Shown here piece after piece: positions 1-13,064 of a stretch of DNA of 64,000 nucleotides; position 1 is the first letter of the stretch; each line of letters opens with the position of its first letter. The notes below the pieces were generated by a model that was given only the letters and a program-made list of their open reading frames with translations, was not told the DNA's origin and ran no database searches. The translations under genes and the position numbers were made by a program. Source of the DNA: Penicillus capitatus (Eukaryota > Plantae > Chlorophyta); NCBI GenBank assembly GCA_965649825.1, contig OZ287710.1, forward strand, positions 186,001 to 250,000, given 5' to 3'.

Positions 1-35
1 AGAGCTCTTAGCAATGGCCCCTGTTGGCTGCACAA

Positions 36-1677
36 ATGCAAGGACATGAATTGATGATGCGTTCTGTCTTAATGTCGTGCGTTATTTGCAGAGCGCCACA
101 GATTTTTACCTTTCCGTCGCGCATTGCTGCCGACAGAAGATGGATCCACACGAAAACGCGACGCAAAACGCCTTCTCGGGATCACTCATATCCACTCCTG
201 CATGCCAAAGACACAGAAACTCCTGCATCAACAGGTTGCCTCTCACTCTTTTCTTCTTCAAAATTTGTGTGATCTGAAGCTGTGGCCAAATTTGACGACC
301 AGAGAAAGGAACTCAAGTGGGTGGACACCGAAGATGCCACGAAATCTCACGGAATGCTCTTTGCTGCACTTCTCTTGGGCACTTTTCCCACCATCTACCG
401 ATTTCCGTTGAGCCAAGTGCCTTATTTCCTCGCCCTAGCTTCACTGTCTATCTACATCGGCTCACATCGCAGTCTCAATGCGACGCGTCTCGAACAGGTG
501 ACCTTCAAGCAGGTGAGGAGATTGCTCATCTGGCAAACAGATCTCAAACGCTGTGTATCTGCAGAGTCTGTTCGTTCCTCTTATCTCTTCGTGTTTTCTC
601 TTCGGATTCTATCTCTTGACAAAGTACTTTCCTGAATTCCGCATCCAGACCTTCATCGATATCCAGTTCGGTCTGATCGGTACCATCGCTGTCGGCCATC
701 TGATCTCGCCGTTTCTCAAACGCATTCCTCTCTTGCCATCTCGCGCGATCCCTCTGCCAGAATGGCTCGTGCAGAAAGAGGACACAGATCTAGTTCACAT
801 CACGACTGCTGATATCCTCGGTGCCGTTATTGGAGTGGCCTGTGTCCTCGTGGATGTCTCGACGGGACATCATTTGCATACGCTTAACAATCTCCTAGCC
901 TGCAGTCTTGCCATCGAAGTGATGCAGGTCGCCTCTCTTCTTAAGCGATGCCTGCTTAAGTATCGTTTTTATCAGGGTGTCAGCATCAAGAGCTTCAAGG
1001 CAGCTTCGACACTGCTCGTGGGTTTGCTCATCTACGATGTCTTCTGGGTGTTTTCAAGCCCAAGTGTCATCGGCGAGAATGTGATGCTGAAAGTGGCCAC
1101 TTCGAATTCGCTCGAGGGACCACTGAAACTCATACTGCCAAACGGAAATGCAAGTGGAGAGTTTCCTTTCTCGGTACTGGGCCTTGGAGATATCGCTGTC
1201 CCTGGTTTTCTGGCAGCACTCCTGCTCAGATTTGACATCTTCCGAGGCGGCGGCGGCCTATCAAGGGATGCATCCATCTCAGATTCGGCATCTCAGGATG
1301 ACAACACTAGAAGCTCTCAGACTGTGGAGTCCATGCCCTTGCATCTATCAGATGCGAAAGCATCGACTGTGGAGGAAGGAGATAGCGATTCAGCTGTTCC
1401 TGAGAGGGAGCGTTCCGATGGTGATGTGACTGCTGGCTCAAAGACATACTTCTTGCCCGTATTAGCTGCCTATCTGATCGGACTGCTGTCAGCATCAGGA
1501 GCCAATGCCATCACACATCAGGGCCAGCCAGCGCTGCTCTATATCGTTCCCTGTATGTTGTTGACAGCATCGAGCGTTGCCTTGATGCGTGGAGAATTCT
1601 GGAATCGACTTCTTGCTTACAACGATCCTACGTCGGACACTTTACAGGGAACTCAGTACAGAGACAACAGCAATTGA
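36..1677 (+). CDS. Signal peptide peptidase (SPP/SPPL, peptidase A22B), about 4 exons; start codon uncertain
   Basis: Catalytic YD (LLIYDVFWVF), GLGD (VLGLGDIAVPG) and QPALLY motifs; multiple TM segments. GT-AG introns at 513-564 and 928-975; a probable intron at 235-279 joins an upstream basic/Ser-rich extension in frame. Confidence 0.9.
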
Positions 1678-1794
1678 GGGTATTGTGGAACAATAGAACA
1701 ATGTATCTGTCGTAGATGCATTAGAGAAAGAATGCTAAATAGCCTTTACGTCGCAGATCACACTTTACCCACCACCACGAAATCAAATCTGACC

Positions 1795-4700
1795 TCACTC
1801 TAATTTCAGCGTTCCTAGCAAATGGCAAAGCTCCTTGCGGTGGGTAACCCAGTCTTCAAAAGATTCATCATGAGATTGTGTGCGGTAAGCTTGAAAAGCA
1901 ACAAGATAGAAGTATCGTTTTAGATAGTGCAGTCCCAGTTGTTTGGTTTGGGGATGAGTACCGATGGCGTACATGCAAGACAGAATATCTTCCCGTAGAC
2001 TGCCGATACGTACACAGTCATCGATGGCTTCGTCGACCTGTGCCTTGCAACGAAGGCCATTCGGTACAACACGACAGAGATGCATAATACTGCGGTACTC
2101 TCCCAGGGCAAATTTCGATTCGGGAGGCTCTGTAAAGGAGAGCGAACGACGGGGACTGTTTTCAGATATGGGAAACAGCGAGAGGAAAGCAGCAGCGTAG
2201 CGAGCACTGCTGCCGCTTGAAGATCGTGCCACAATAATGTGCACGGCGGCATCGGTTTCCGAGATGTTACCATCAAGCTGATCCAGATCCGATGCTTTGG
2301 GCGTTCTGGATCTGGACAGAGGCACACGGGCAAAGCGTAGCAGATAGCCCTCATCCACAAGATCCCTATAGATATCTTTGGGCGTACAGACCCCTCCTTT
2401 CACGTCTGCTTTCTTTGGTATAACAGAGGGTGTGCTTTCGATGTTACGGGTAATCGCATTGCGGTGATGATCGATGCCTTGGCTGCTGCTTTGGTTCTTG
2501 AGATGATCATCGACGGGGATCTCGTGATGTATGAGAACCGTACCGTCATGTATTTGTGCTTCCTGCAGGACATCTTCCTTAAGACCTTCCTCCATTCGTT
2601 CGAGATCTTCAGTAGCGACACCGGCGTGATAGAGCGACGAGACAGGTCTCTCCAGGTCGCGGCGGATATAGGGCAGGCCATTGATATAGACGACCAGTTC
2701 TTCACGGATGTCTCTGAGAAGGATTGTTTTTGGAGCAGTTGGATCGTTGCGAAAGTAATCCAGCAGTTTTCTGAGCGTTCTGACAGAGGGATTGCCAATG
2801 GTGTAGACGTGTTTGTGTCGGACGCATTTTACGTCTGGTATCCCGGATAGCATAGAAACTCGATGCCCTGAGTGACCTCCCTTGAGAATACTCCTGGCAT
2901 TGAGCACAGGAAACTGCCTCTCCTGCAACCAGCGTTGCTCTTCTTTGGCTGGCACTGCATCAACCTCATTGAGAGATTCATTGGTTAGTGGTCTGGGAAG
3001 GAGAAAGGACAGAGCAGCTGTCGGGTTATGGAAAATCATCCCAAGGGCTACGGTTATGTCGGGCCTAGACGATTCATCGATCAGAGACAGAATGTAGATA
3101 TGCCGGACACAGACCTGGAATCCATCCATTGCTGAAAACTGATGTTTCGCGTGCTGCGTGGACCGATGATGTAGCCACCCACGGCAATGAGGAAACAGAA
3201 GCGATGTAGGTATCCGATGCTTCGTGTATAGGCTGCGTGTTTGTGTGTTGTTGTTTCTGGCCGCCGGCGGCGATGGCCTTTGCGAAATTGGCTGATCTCT
3301 TTTCGAATGTTCACGAGCACGTCACAGCAATCGATGGACATTCGGACCATCCTCTTTGCTTCATGTCCATTGTCAAGGAGATGTGTCAAGCGGCGTACGG
3401 CTAGAAATTCACCTTCCTGCCATTCGACATTCTCCTCGCCACTCGATTCTGTCTCAGTCTCTGTTTCCGAACTCCCTATGCAGTACATAGATGACATTTC
3501 ATGAGGCAGTATTGACGTTCTACCATATCCGTCAACACGTGCATCCGTGTGGCGATCGATAACGGCAGGACGGATGTTGACAGACGCCGTTCTTCTTTCT
3601 TGAAAGTACGCGAGTGAAGCAATGGCCATTCCCATTGTTGTCCTGCCCACTCCATTCTGGCAGCTGAAGATCATGGCGGCCGGAGCCTTATTCTTGGACA
3701 TACCATCGAGAATCTGGTCCACATCCAGAACCTGCCATCGCCCTTACCCCTCGCCCGCAACGAACGGCACAGATGCTTACGTCTGGAGTCGTGCCATCTG
3801 TCAAAGGTAGCCGATGATAATCGACTGTATATCCTTCCCGTTGAAGCATGGCGTAGATGGATGCAGGTGTCTGTACAGACGATTCAGAATCGACGGTTTC
3901 CCATTTGTCCTCCAGTATTCCGACACCCTCTTTCTCCACAGGAGTCTCCAGTGCCACCAGAATGCATCCATTGTTTGCGGCGGCCTCGTTGAGGACATCC
4001 TGTTTGAGACGTTCTTCCATTTCCTCCAGACGATGGCCGTCAATGTTGGTGTACTCTTTAAGATTCTTGAACGGCCTCTTGTCCTCTCGAAGGACAAATG
4101 GACGGCCATTAATGTACACGAGTGGCTCTTCCCTCCAATTGAACCATGAAATGCAGGTGGTACTGGTGACCGAATCGGCAGCAATGTAGGTGAGGATCTT
4201 TCGTATGCCGTCCACTGTTGGCATACCGACTCCATAGACAGGCACACCAGACACTCCACGGAAATTGGGTGCGCCATCGATCAGCTGTGGAAGATGTTCG
4301 GATTGGATTCCTGGAAAATGGTCTTCTTTGAGAATTGTGTGCTGGCCAAGGACTTTTCCGTGACGTTCATGCGTCGACGAAAGATTCAATCCTGCTGTAA
4401 GGTGACATTCGTTGAAGATCCGTCTGTTTGCTCTCGTGCTTACCTCTGTCCATAGACTCCCTCCTGATGAATTGCCTGGTGTCTTCTGCTCCTATGTGTA
4501 ATCCCAGTGCAGACATCGGGTTTCGTCGCAACAGCCGTTGGAGCACACTGAAAACAGCACGTCACATCAGATGTATGATCTCTATCTCAGTGTTCACAGA
4601 ACCTCCTGAATTCTGGTCTGCGCGACATGAATGCCTCAAAGGTCACACAATTCGCAGACGTTGGATCGAATTGAGGGTGTGAGATGTAAGCTGCGAAGAC

Positions 4701-6076
4701 GATGAGGACACAGTATCGCTCCAAATACTCCTGCCATACCATCCATCCCATCTGTCACTCACGAATGCTTCCAGTCGAGAAACGGGTTACCAAGGCAACT
4801 CGTAAGAGGGTGTTTCGTTTGCGTTCATTCTGTTCGAGACATAGCTGTTCTCTGTATTTGTGGATTGCCTCTCTAAGATTCTGCATCTGACTGTTGGCAT
4901 TGATCACAGCATCGAGGACATGCTTAGCATCACGTCCATGTTCTAACGTCCTCAACAAGCTCCGCACGACACCATAGTATCCCTGTCTCGAATCGCTGCT
5001 CTCTTTCGCAGGCATCGCCGTCGAAGATAACCATTGTGGCCTCCATACCGATTCCGAACTCTGTGGAAAAGCGCCCAGTCGTCGCAGATGGAGCAAAGCG
5101 GCAATGATCATTCCAGTCGTTGTTCTGCCACGTCCCATCTGGCAGTTAAAAACAAGAGATGTGTCCTGGCCCGGTTTCCAGCAACGCTGAACGAGCAGAT
5201 CGCAGTCGACCTCTTTCGGCGCTTTCTCATCGGTGACTGGCACGCGTAAGTAATCGACGTGATAGCCCTCTTGCTCTGTCAATTGACAGAAGACCTCCTG
5301 CGGTGTCTGGATCTCTTTCTCCAGCACTTTGTCCCAATACAAAAACATTCCGGCCTCGACGCTTTCGTCGGCCAGCAGAACAGATCCTTCGTATTGGTGC
5401 ATTTCTTGAAGGACGTCTTGTTTTAGGCGCACTTCCATATCTTCGACACGTTTTCGATTGATTCCTGTATATTCCAGATTGGCAAAGGGCTTGTCTGCAT
5501 CTCGCACGACAAATGGATGTCCTTTAATGTACAATAACGGTTCCTCGCGCATGTTATGCCACAGAACCTTTTCTACGATATCTCACACAAATCAGACAAT
5601 AAAGTGTGATTATGATGTGACTTGATTTGGCTTCAAGAATGTCTAGAACGAGGTGCAGTCCAGCAACGGTCGGAATGGCGACGCCATAGATAGGCAGCTC
5701 TGGAACCTGATGGTTGCCAAGTCACACGAGGGACGTGATGTGACAGGTTGTAGGGTACTTGACGGAAATTGGGTGCGTCTTCGAAGCTTGGCAGCAGAGA
5801 TTTGTTTTGGCAACCTATTGGACATCATCCTGCCACAATGGCATCGGCGTGACATCCGTCTGATGGGAGCTGACCTGGAAAATGGTCCGCCTTCAAAATG
5901 GTGTCCTTAAGCAATACGTGCCCGGCTCGATTAGAGATAACGGTGTCCGCGAGCATCGAACGCACCGCACAGCACGAGATTTGACGGGCAGCGTCATCAA
6001 GGCCATCATCACTATCTCGACAATTGTGCTCCATTCCTTTCGGCGGCCGATTTCGCTTGACATCAGTTGCGGTCAT
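1795..6076 (-). CDS. Paladin-like protein with three PTP-like (inositol/phosphoinositide phosphatase-type) domains, multi-exon
   Basis: Repeated ILKxDHFPG, (D/G)APNFR and REEPL(L/V)YI motifs; CX5R loops FNCQMGRGRT and FSCQNGVGRT. Exons join in frame, e.g. intron 5573-5621 gives KSK|KVLWHNMREEP. Confidence 0.88.
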
Positions 6077-6599
6077 GACGAAGAAACGTCGAAACAATGG
6101 TCGCTCGAAGAAGGGACGCGGACATGTGGACAGTCTAAGTGATGTAAAGATGGGATCCGACGTGGCGTGTTTTGTAGGTGCGGCGTGTTCGGTGTGAGCA
6201 GTCGGGTGTGTTGGTGCCCAAAGACAAAGCCATTAAGCGTTTTATCGTGCGCAACATCGTCGATGCCTCTGCCATTCGGGACATCACACAATCCTGTGTC
6301 TATGAAGGTATGATGTCACTCTTCTGCCTGCAAGGAAATGATGTGACATGTGTGGCAAAGCGTATCAATTGCCCAAAATCTATCGCAAGGTTTACTACTG
6401 CGTTTCGGCCGCGATTCACTCGAAGATCGTGCGGGTGCGAAGTCGACGCGATCGTCGCATTCGAGAGCCGCCCAAGCGTCCAGGATTTGGACCCAGACCA
6501 CAGGGAGGCGGTGGAGGGCCACGCTAAAGATCGAGATGTGATGTGACAGCCACTTGGTGTAACAGAGGCTAGATCTGTTCCATAAACAAACGATCTCTC

Positions 6600-7145
6600 T
6601 CAGTCATCGTCCTCATCGTTCTCTGCGATGTTGAAGTACCTCAGCTCATAACAACTGCACCAAAAAAGACACCGTCACACAAAAAAGAGTGAGAAATGAT
6701 GTGACTTGTGATCGTTATTGGGTGCGATGACACGTAACCAATCTCGCACATTATGCTTCTTCAGATACTTCTTCGTCAGGTACTTTAGCGACCTAAGCAC
6801 AGTAAACGGACAGACGTTTGGCCAGGGCCTCGTTGCGAGGGACCTCTTCGAGAAAGCCACTTCTGTCGAGATGTAGATTTTCGTTTTGTCTCGTGTCACT
6901 TTCACCACTTCTCCCAAGTTTCCTAAACAGTCACACTTTTTCGCCGATCTCATTGTGTGAGACCACCGACCCGTTTTGCCATCCACTTTGATATGCTCTT
7001 GGAGAAACTTTTCAAAGCTGGTGATATCCATGACCTTATCGTTCACCGGTTTGCTGCAGTCGATCGAAAAGACTTTGGCTTTTTTCTTCGTGGCCCCTTT
7101 GATCGTCGCCTTTCCCGTCGATCCCTGTCTCTCGACCGTCGGCAT
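6600..7145 (-). CDS. RPL22: 60S ribosomal protein L22e (eL22), 4 exons
   Basis: [70 protein letters not shown]. Introns 6923-6970, 6793-6843, 6655-6705. Confidence 0.97.
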
Positions 7146-7242
7146 CGTGTTGGCGGCGACAACGACGAAATGTACGACACAATTACGGCGAATAGTGACA
7201 GAGGCATTAACAAGTATCCCCCTTCCCATTCCATTGTCTCAT

Positions 7243-9439
7243 TTATTCACTAATGACGCGTTTGCATTCGGGATCGTTGCATTTGCAATGAAGATCTCTG
7301 CCGATGCATTTGTTCCATCCATAATCATGACAGAGCTCGACATATTTGGGGATCTCTTTGATGGCAAAAAAGCCAACGTGATGAAAAATGCCATTGCAAC
7401 CTTCCTGTAGAACCATCTGGGCAGCAATATTGGCGCTCTTACGACAGGCGTGATTGAGAAAACGACCCACATTGCCTAAAGCCCTTCGTTCACGACGCCT
7501 AAAGCACAGGGATGCGAACATTACCGATGTTCTTAGCATCGATGACGAGGAAATGTCCATGAAATTTCTCTTCTTTGATCTCGTCGTCTGACAGAGGCAG
7601 CATCGGCATCTCCGTTTCGTCCACTTCTTCGTCTCCAAGTAACGCAGAGCGTTTCATAAGATAAAAATGATCGAGGGAGTATAGATAGGTCGAGTCCCGC
7701 ACGTGGACTCTCTTCTCCTACATACCATCCACGTCGTACAGGAGCAGAACAGCACATGACACACCGCCTCTTCATCTGTCAAAACTTCTCCTACGTATTC
7801 ACAGATAAAGGCACCAGATGGGATGTCGACCGAACATCGCACACCCCATCCCTTGTCTTCTGTTCGAAAAACTTCAAGGGGATAACGAACACCCATCGAA
7901 ACGACAGAATTGTTGCAGCCGGTACAAGAGAGAGGACATTCCTTGATGCCTTCGGGCACCGTGAAACGCAGACATCCATTCTCATCATAATTGGGCAGAT
8001 GCTTCTTCTTCTGACACCCGCTGTAGATGCCGATGTGATTGGCCTGATCGATCACACGCTGAGCTGCAGGTGTGATAGAGTCGAAATGCATGACATAACG
8101 GAAATTGGGTTCCGGGATCTCGTCACCCGTATCGTTGATCAAAGGAATCCGAACGTTATCTTTTCCATCAGAAATGTCCATGTTCAGTACATTGCCACGC
8201 CCTGTAACCACCAGATGTGAGACATCTGAATCGACCGCCGCCGTGAGGATCACCCACTCTTGAGAAAACGGGAACGTTCGATCTCGAGATTCAGCAGAAC
8301 TTTGCGTGGACTGTTGTGCCCGTACATCTGACCCGTGTCCTTCTTCTCACTCTTTTTTCGCGAGACCGGCTACAGCATCACACAACATTTTTATGGCAGC
8401 AATCCTCTCGCTGCGTGCTTGTTACAATTGCTCTGTGGCCATGGTAGAGTCCCGTAACTTCGACTGTACCAGAAACGCGATGCTGTCCAGGTATGCCTTG
8501 GAATTTGAAGATACACTCTTTGAAGTCTCCACTCTTTCGAGCTTCCAGTCGAGCCTCGATCACACGATACAGTCCATCGTAGACGTAGACTCTCCCTGTC
8601 TGGCCATCACCCCTGGATCAAATGCATGGACTCAGATACTCTTGCCAAGATGGGTTCTTCTCACTCGTGCAGGCATCGAATCACCCGGACTGGAACACTC
8701 ATGCTGTAGGAGAGCTGTAACGCTCTGTTTCCCTTTGTCCATTCCTGATCTCGTGCCTGTCACATCACCACCATGCCAGAACTGATGTCCGCTTTCGATC
8801 TTACGCGCTGGTTGCCCTGGAAGCCACCGTGTCCGGAGTAAGTAAAGATGGATCCTGTGTCTTGATCTCCTTCGTATCGCCCACTCATCACCACAGCATT
8901 GCATGGACCTCCCTCACTAGACAAGTGATATGGCAGTTTATATCCTCAGCACTTAGGCACGAGAACACTGACTCGTAATCGATGCCGCCCACTAGCTTTC
9001 GATGAATGCCACAGACGGCCAATTCAGCTCGATATCCAAAACGGTCACCCAGTTTGACACCGCGTGGATGGCGACCGATGTCTGTCTGGGCAACTCGGTT
9101 GTTCTGTCGAAATCGCTGATAGGCAATCATATCGAATTTGAAGCTCTATACGCCAAGCACTGTCGGTGAGAAAACCGCGGCAGGCGACGTTTATGACAAC
9201 GTTACACTTCTCTTTGTGCATCGCTTCGCGAAATTCTGCAAGCAGTTGGTCCTTCTGTCGTCTCTCCTCTTCTGCACCCGAACACGTCAGGATGCACAAG
9301 CGAACGGCGTGTCGTTGCCTGGAGACTTAGAAGTGCGTGGAGCGAAATGATCGTCGCGAATCGTCAGCGAAGGCGGTTCCACTGGAAGATCTTCCATATC
9401 GCTCGGGGTGCGTTCGGAATCGTCTTTTCCTTCCGTCAT
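7243..9439 (-). CDS. SUVH/KYP-like SRA-preSET-SET-postSET histone H3K9 methyltransferase, multi-exon
   Basis: SRA: GDRFGYRAELAVCGIH, VVMSGRYEGDQDTG, PVRVIR, YVYDGLYRV. SET: KGWGVRC, FICEYVGE, GNVGRFLNHAC, ELCHDYG. Post-SET: CKCNDPEC. Start codon inferred. Confidence 0.9.
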
Positions 9440-9559
9440 CGTACGATTAACGCGCAAAGCATGTCGGTCGCCATCAAATGTCTTATCGATTCACTCGCAG
9501 TCGCCATCGAAATACGCCATCACGATTCGATGTGAATCGGATCAAAATCGATCGTGTGT

Positions 9560-10103
9560 TTACAGCCCCAAGGCAGATCGAATAGCGCTTAAGATATCCT
9601 CAACGGAACGAGCCTCATCGGCCGCTTCTTCAGCACTCTCTTCTCCTGATGCCACCTTCTCTTCCGCTTCCGTTACTTCTTCCTCCACCGCCTGTCCACG
9701 TCACTCGCTCAGCGATCGATAACCAATTGGACAGGATCGACATCGATTTCAGCTTCGATGGCCTTGCGTTCGACTTCAGGAATGGCAGAGAGTTCTTCCT
9801 CAAGCTGAGGGATCTCCTCTTCTGCCTCGGTCACCAGATCCGGCGACGCCTCTTTTGCCAAACTAATACCTGTTAACACAACGAGCTCGCGCATCCACCA
9901 GGCACGACACGTGATGATCGACGTTTCGGCAGCAGCTGCGATGCGACAGCAACGCCCGACAAGGATATGAAACGACGCAGCGCCGCTCGACGTGAGACTG
10001 GAGACACCTGACGCGATGACGGAGACGAGGAGGCAGTACAGACGATGCGTCGTCGGTGCGTCAAGAGCGAAGGCGACGATGTCAAGAGCGTTCGGTACTC
10101 CAT
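9560..10103 (-). CDS. Small acidic protein with predicted bipartite chloroplast/thylakoid-lumen (twin-Arg-like) presequence, 3 exons
   Basis: MEYRTLLTSSPSLLTHRRRIVCTASSSPSSRQVSPVSRRAALRRFISLSGVAVASQ is followed, after GT-AG introns, by a Glu-rich region ending ILSAIRSALGL-TAA. Confidence 0.6.
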
Positions 10104-10150
10104 CGCGACAGATCGAAGATGTACGTTTATGCAACCATTAACACGTGATC

Positions 10151-12946
10151 TCAAAGTCCGACGGGGAAGTTCCGAACTTCGGCCATGTCTGAAATGCCTT
10201 GATCTCCAATTTTCCCCGCAATCTTCAATCGCATGGCCAAGGATTTCTACAACCATGACCACGTGTCTATCCTTTCGGCGTATCTCAGGAGAGGGCACAC
10301 CTGTCCGTGTTGGGAATTGGAGATCTCTATTTTCTGCGTGATGGGACTGCCGGATGTTAAGACATTTGAACTGGCAGGAGAGAGCTTGAGGGTCATGAAC
10401 TTGGGGACAGCGACTTGGACAGAGAATTCGGTGATGGCATTGGATGTTGTATTGCGATAGGTGGCTGTGATTTCTGTCTGCGACAGATCCGGCGAAGCTT
10501 TGTGAAAGGCAAAGGTCCCCTTGATGCCATAGTTCTCATAAACAGTGATCTCGGGAAACGACGTGGTCGATGGGGCCTCAGCTGCCTACAAACAGAAAAC
10601 CGATCTCATACACTCTTAGAAAAGTGTGAGAGAAAGGACAGGTGCATCTGTGGTGAGCATATCCAACAGGTCTGTCGTTGCGGGTGGTGATGTGGTCGTT
10701 GTTGGTGCCTCATTGCCATGAGAAGGACTCATCAGATCGTCCAGGATATCCAAAGCTGCTTTTGGCTGTACTGATGCTGGATCTGTGCCCAAAATGTCGT
10801 CCAATCCCAGCAAGTCCTACATCCACACATGGGCATGCACACTCTTTAAGAGAAGATGCAGCAGATGGACCTGGACTGGAGCTGTCGTTGTCGTTCCGTT
10901 CTCGGTCGTGCCGTTCTCGACTGGCAGTGTCCCATCCATGCCCAGATTCTCAGCGTACTGTTTTTCATCCAGAGGTGGCATCTTTTCGAACAGTTGTGGA
11001 TGGAGTTGGTCATAGTTAAGGATCTTGATGTATTCACAGCATCTCTGCTGCACTTCGGCCACCACATCCGATCTGTAACGCTCTAACAGAGATCGAATGC
11101 GCTGTGTCTCGGATCGAAGCTTCGGTGCAAGTTTCATCAGCGCTGTCAGACCATACTCCCTGGCTGTCACATCATAACTCATCAACTGCAATACTTTCTC
11201 CAAGAGATCCACAACATCTTGTTCGGTGACAGCAATTGCCATTTCGTCTTCCAGCAGCTGCTGTCCAGACAACAAGTATTCTCCATACTCGCCCATACAC
11301 CAGCAACTGATGGTGATGAGACTGGCATGGCCTAACTGAACATGGTCTCTCAGAGCAACGTACAGGGCACGGACAGTGTATGGCTGCAGAGCATTGGCAT
11401 TAGTGATGAGGACAACGAAACTGCGGCCGATTTCTGGCTTCACATAACGTCCAGCCTGGATCAAAATCTTAATCATGTTATCCACGTGCCATCTCTTGTC
11501 CGGCGAGAATCTCTGAATCAGCATACAGATCTTCGATGTCAGATCAGGTTTGAATTCTGCATCGCTGATAGAGAGATACTCCAGCAGTTCTTTTGTGAGT
11601 GTCTTGATGTTGTGCTCATTGACGAGGGAGTAGACCAACTCCAATGCGATTTTGCGAATGGACACATCGGCATCTTTAACGCACTCCACGATCGTCTCTC
11701 TGTGACGCTGAACGGCTTGGGCGTCGATGGTCACCACTTTGGACAATGTATTGAGTGCCACGTAACGTATGTTGTTGTCTTTGTTTGACAGAAAACGACC
11801 GAGAATGTTGATACCGAGCACACGCAACCCACCACTGCTCTCGATGTTCATGATGGTCTGGACACATTCGTACAGAATGCTGTTTCCGGTATTGCGCAGC
11901 GATTCTGTATTCGTTGCCACCTGGGCAAGTATATCCGACATCTGATCGCTTGCTCCCGAATCTTGGCATCCTATATCACAAGAGTGAATCGATATTTGAA
12001 AAAAGAGTGACGTATGGTGCCCAATATTCTGAGGAGTCGTAGAATCTGAACTTGGAGAAACGGATCGTTGATTCCACCACAGTCGTGCTCCGGAGAGAAA
12101 CCACTCACGATAAGGCTGCGCAGAATTCTGCAGAGCTGTGGAACGTGACGTCGATACTCTGTCAACATGCTCTTGTCCAACTGACAGATCTCCGAAATAA
12201 GGGTGACTGCTGTGAGCAGCACACCATGTTGACGATCGCTGAGCAACTGAACGGAGATCTCCCGATACGATTCCACCAATTCCGGCACCTTTTTCAAAAT
12301 CCTGTATCCATCCATATCTCACATCCTCTGTCGTTTTGTCTCACAGAAGGGACCTCACAGCACAGAGAGCTGCTTTCTTTTTAATGTATGGCGAGCCATT
12401 GTTGAGCAGATTCTCCACGTCAGGGGACAAATCTCGAGCCATTTCGGCAGAGCAGATATTGCCCATGGCCACCAATGCCAATCCCACGATACTCTGATTG
12501 CCATTGCTCAGATCATTCTTCAATGAATTGGTGACCAACATCAGTACTTCCTGTCTCTCATCCAGGAGAATCATCATTCCCAGATATCCAATTCTCTGCC
12601 GCAGTCATGCCTTTTCTCAGGCCCTAACAGTGTGCCCATACTTTCTCGGCAAATGATGGCGCAGCGATGAGTTTGAGACACTCCATTTGGCCAAAATGCG
12701 TCGCGTAGCCCAGCATATGGATATACATCAGTTTGGCAACATTGCGGTGTTGATAGGTGATGTCTTGTTTGTTGAAAGCATCTCGCAGAGCAGCGCTCTC
12801 TTTTGCGATGACCTTACGCTCTTCCGCCGCTGTCTTACATTGGCGCACCAGGCGAATCAATTCCCTAAAAAACAACGAACAGACCAACAGAGGCGGCTGA
12901 GGAAGGAGGTAGAAGGTCTATCGTGGCACCTGAGTTTGATAGACAT
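10151..12946 (-). CDS. AP1G: AP-1 adaptor complex gamma subunit, multi-exon
   Basis: [64 protein letters not shown]; C-terminal ear [14 protein letters not shown]...[12 protein letters not shown]. Confidence 0.97.
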
Positions 12947-13064
12947 CGGAAAATGCAGGAGCCACGAAATGAGACATTGTGCATGACGATGATGGGATAG
13001 ACGTCGTGCCGAAGACGTTCTTCGTGATGCGTCCCTCTCGCAACAGCTTCGTTCCGGATGATCG

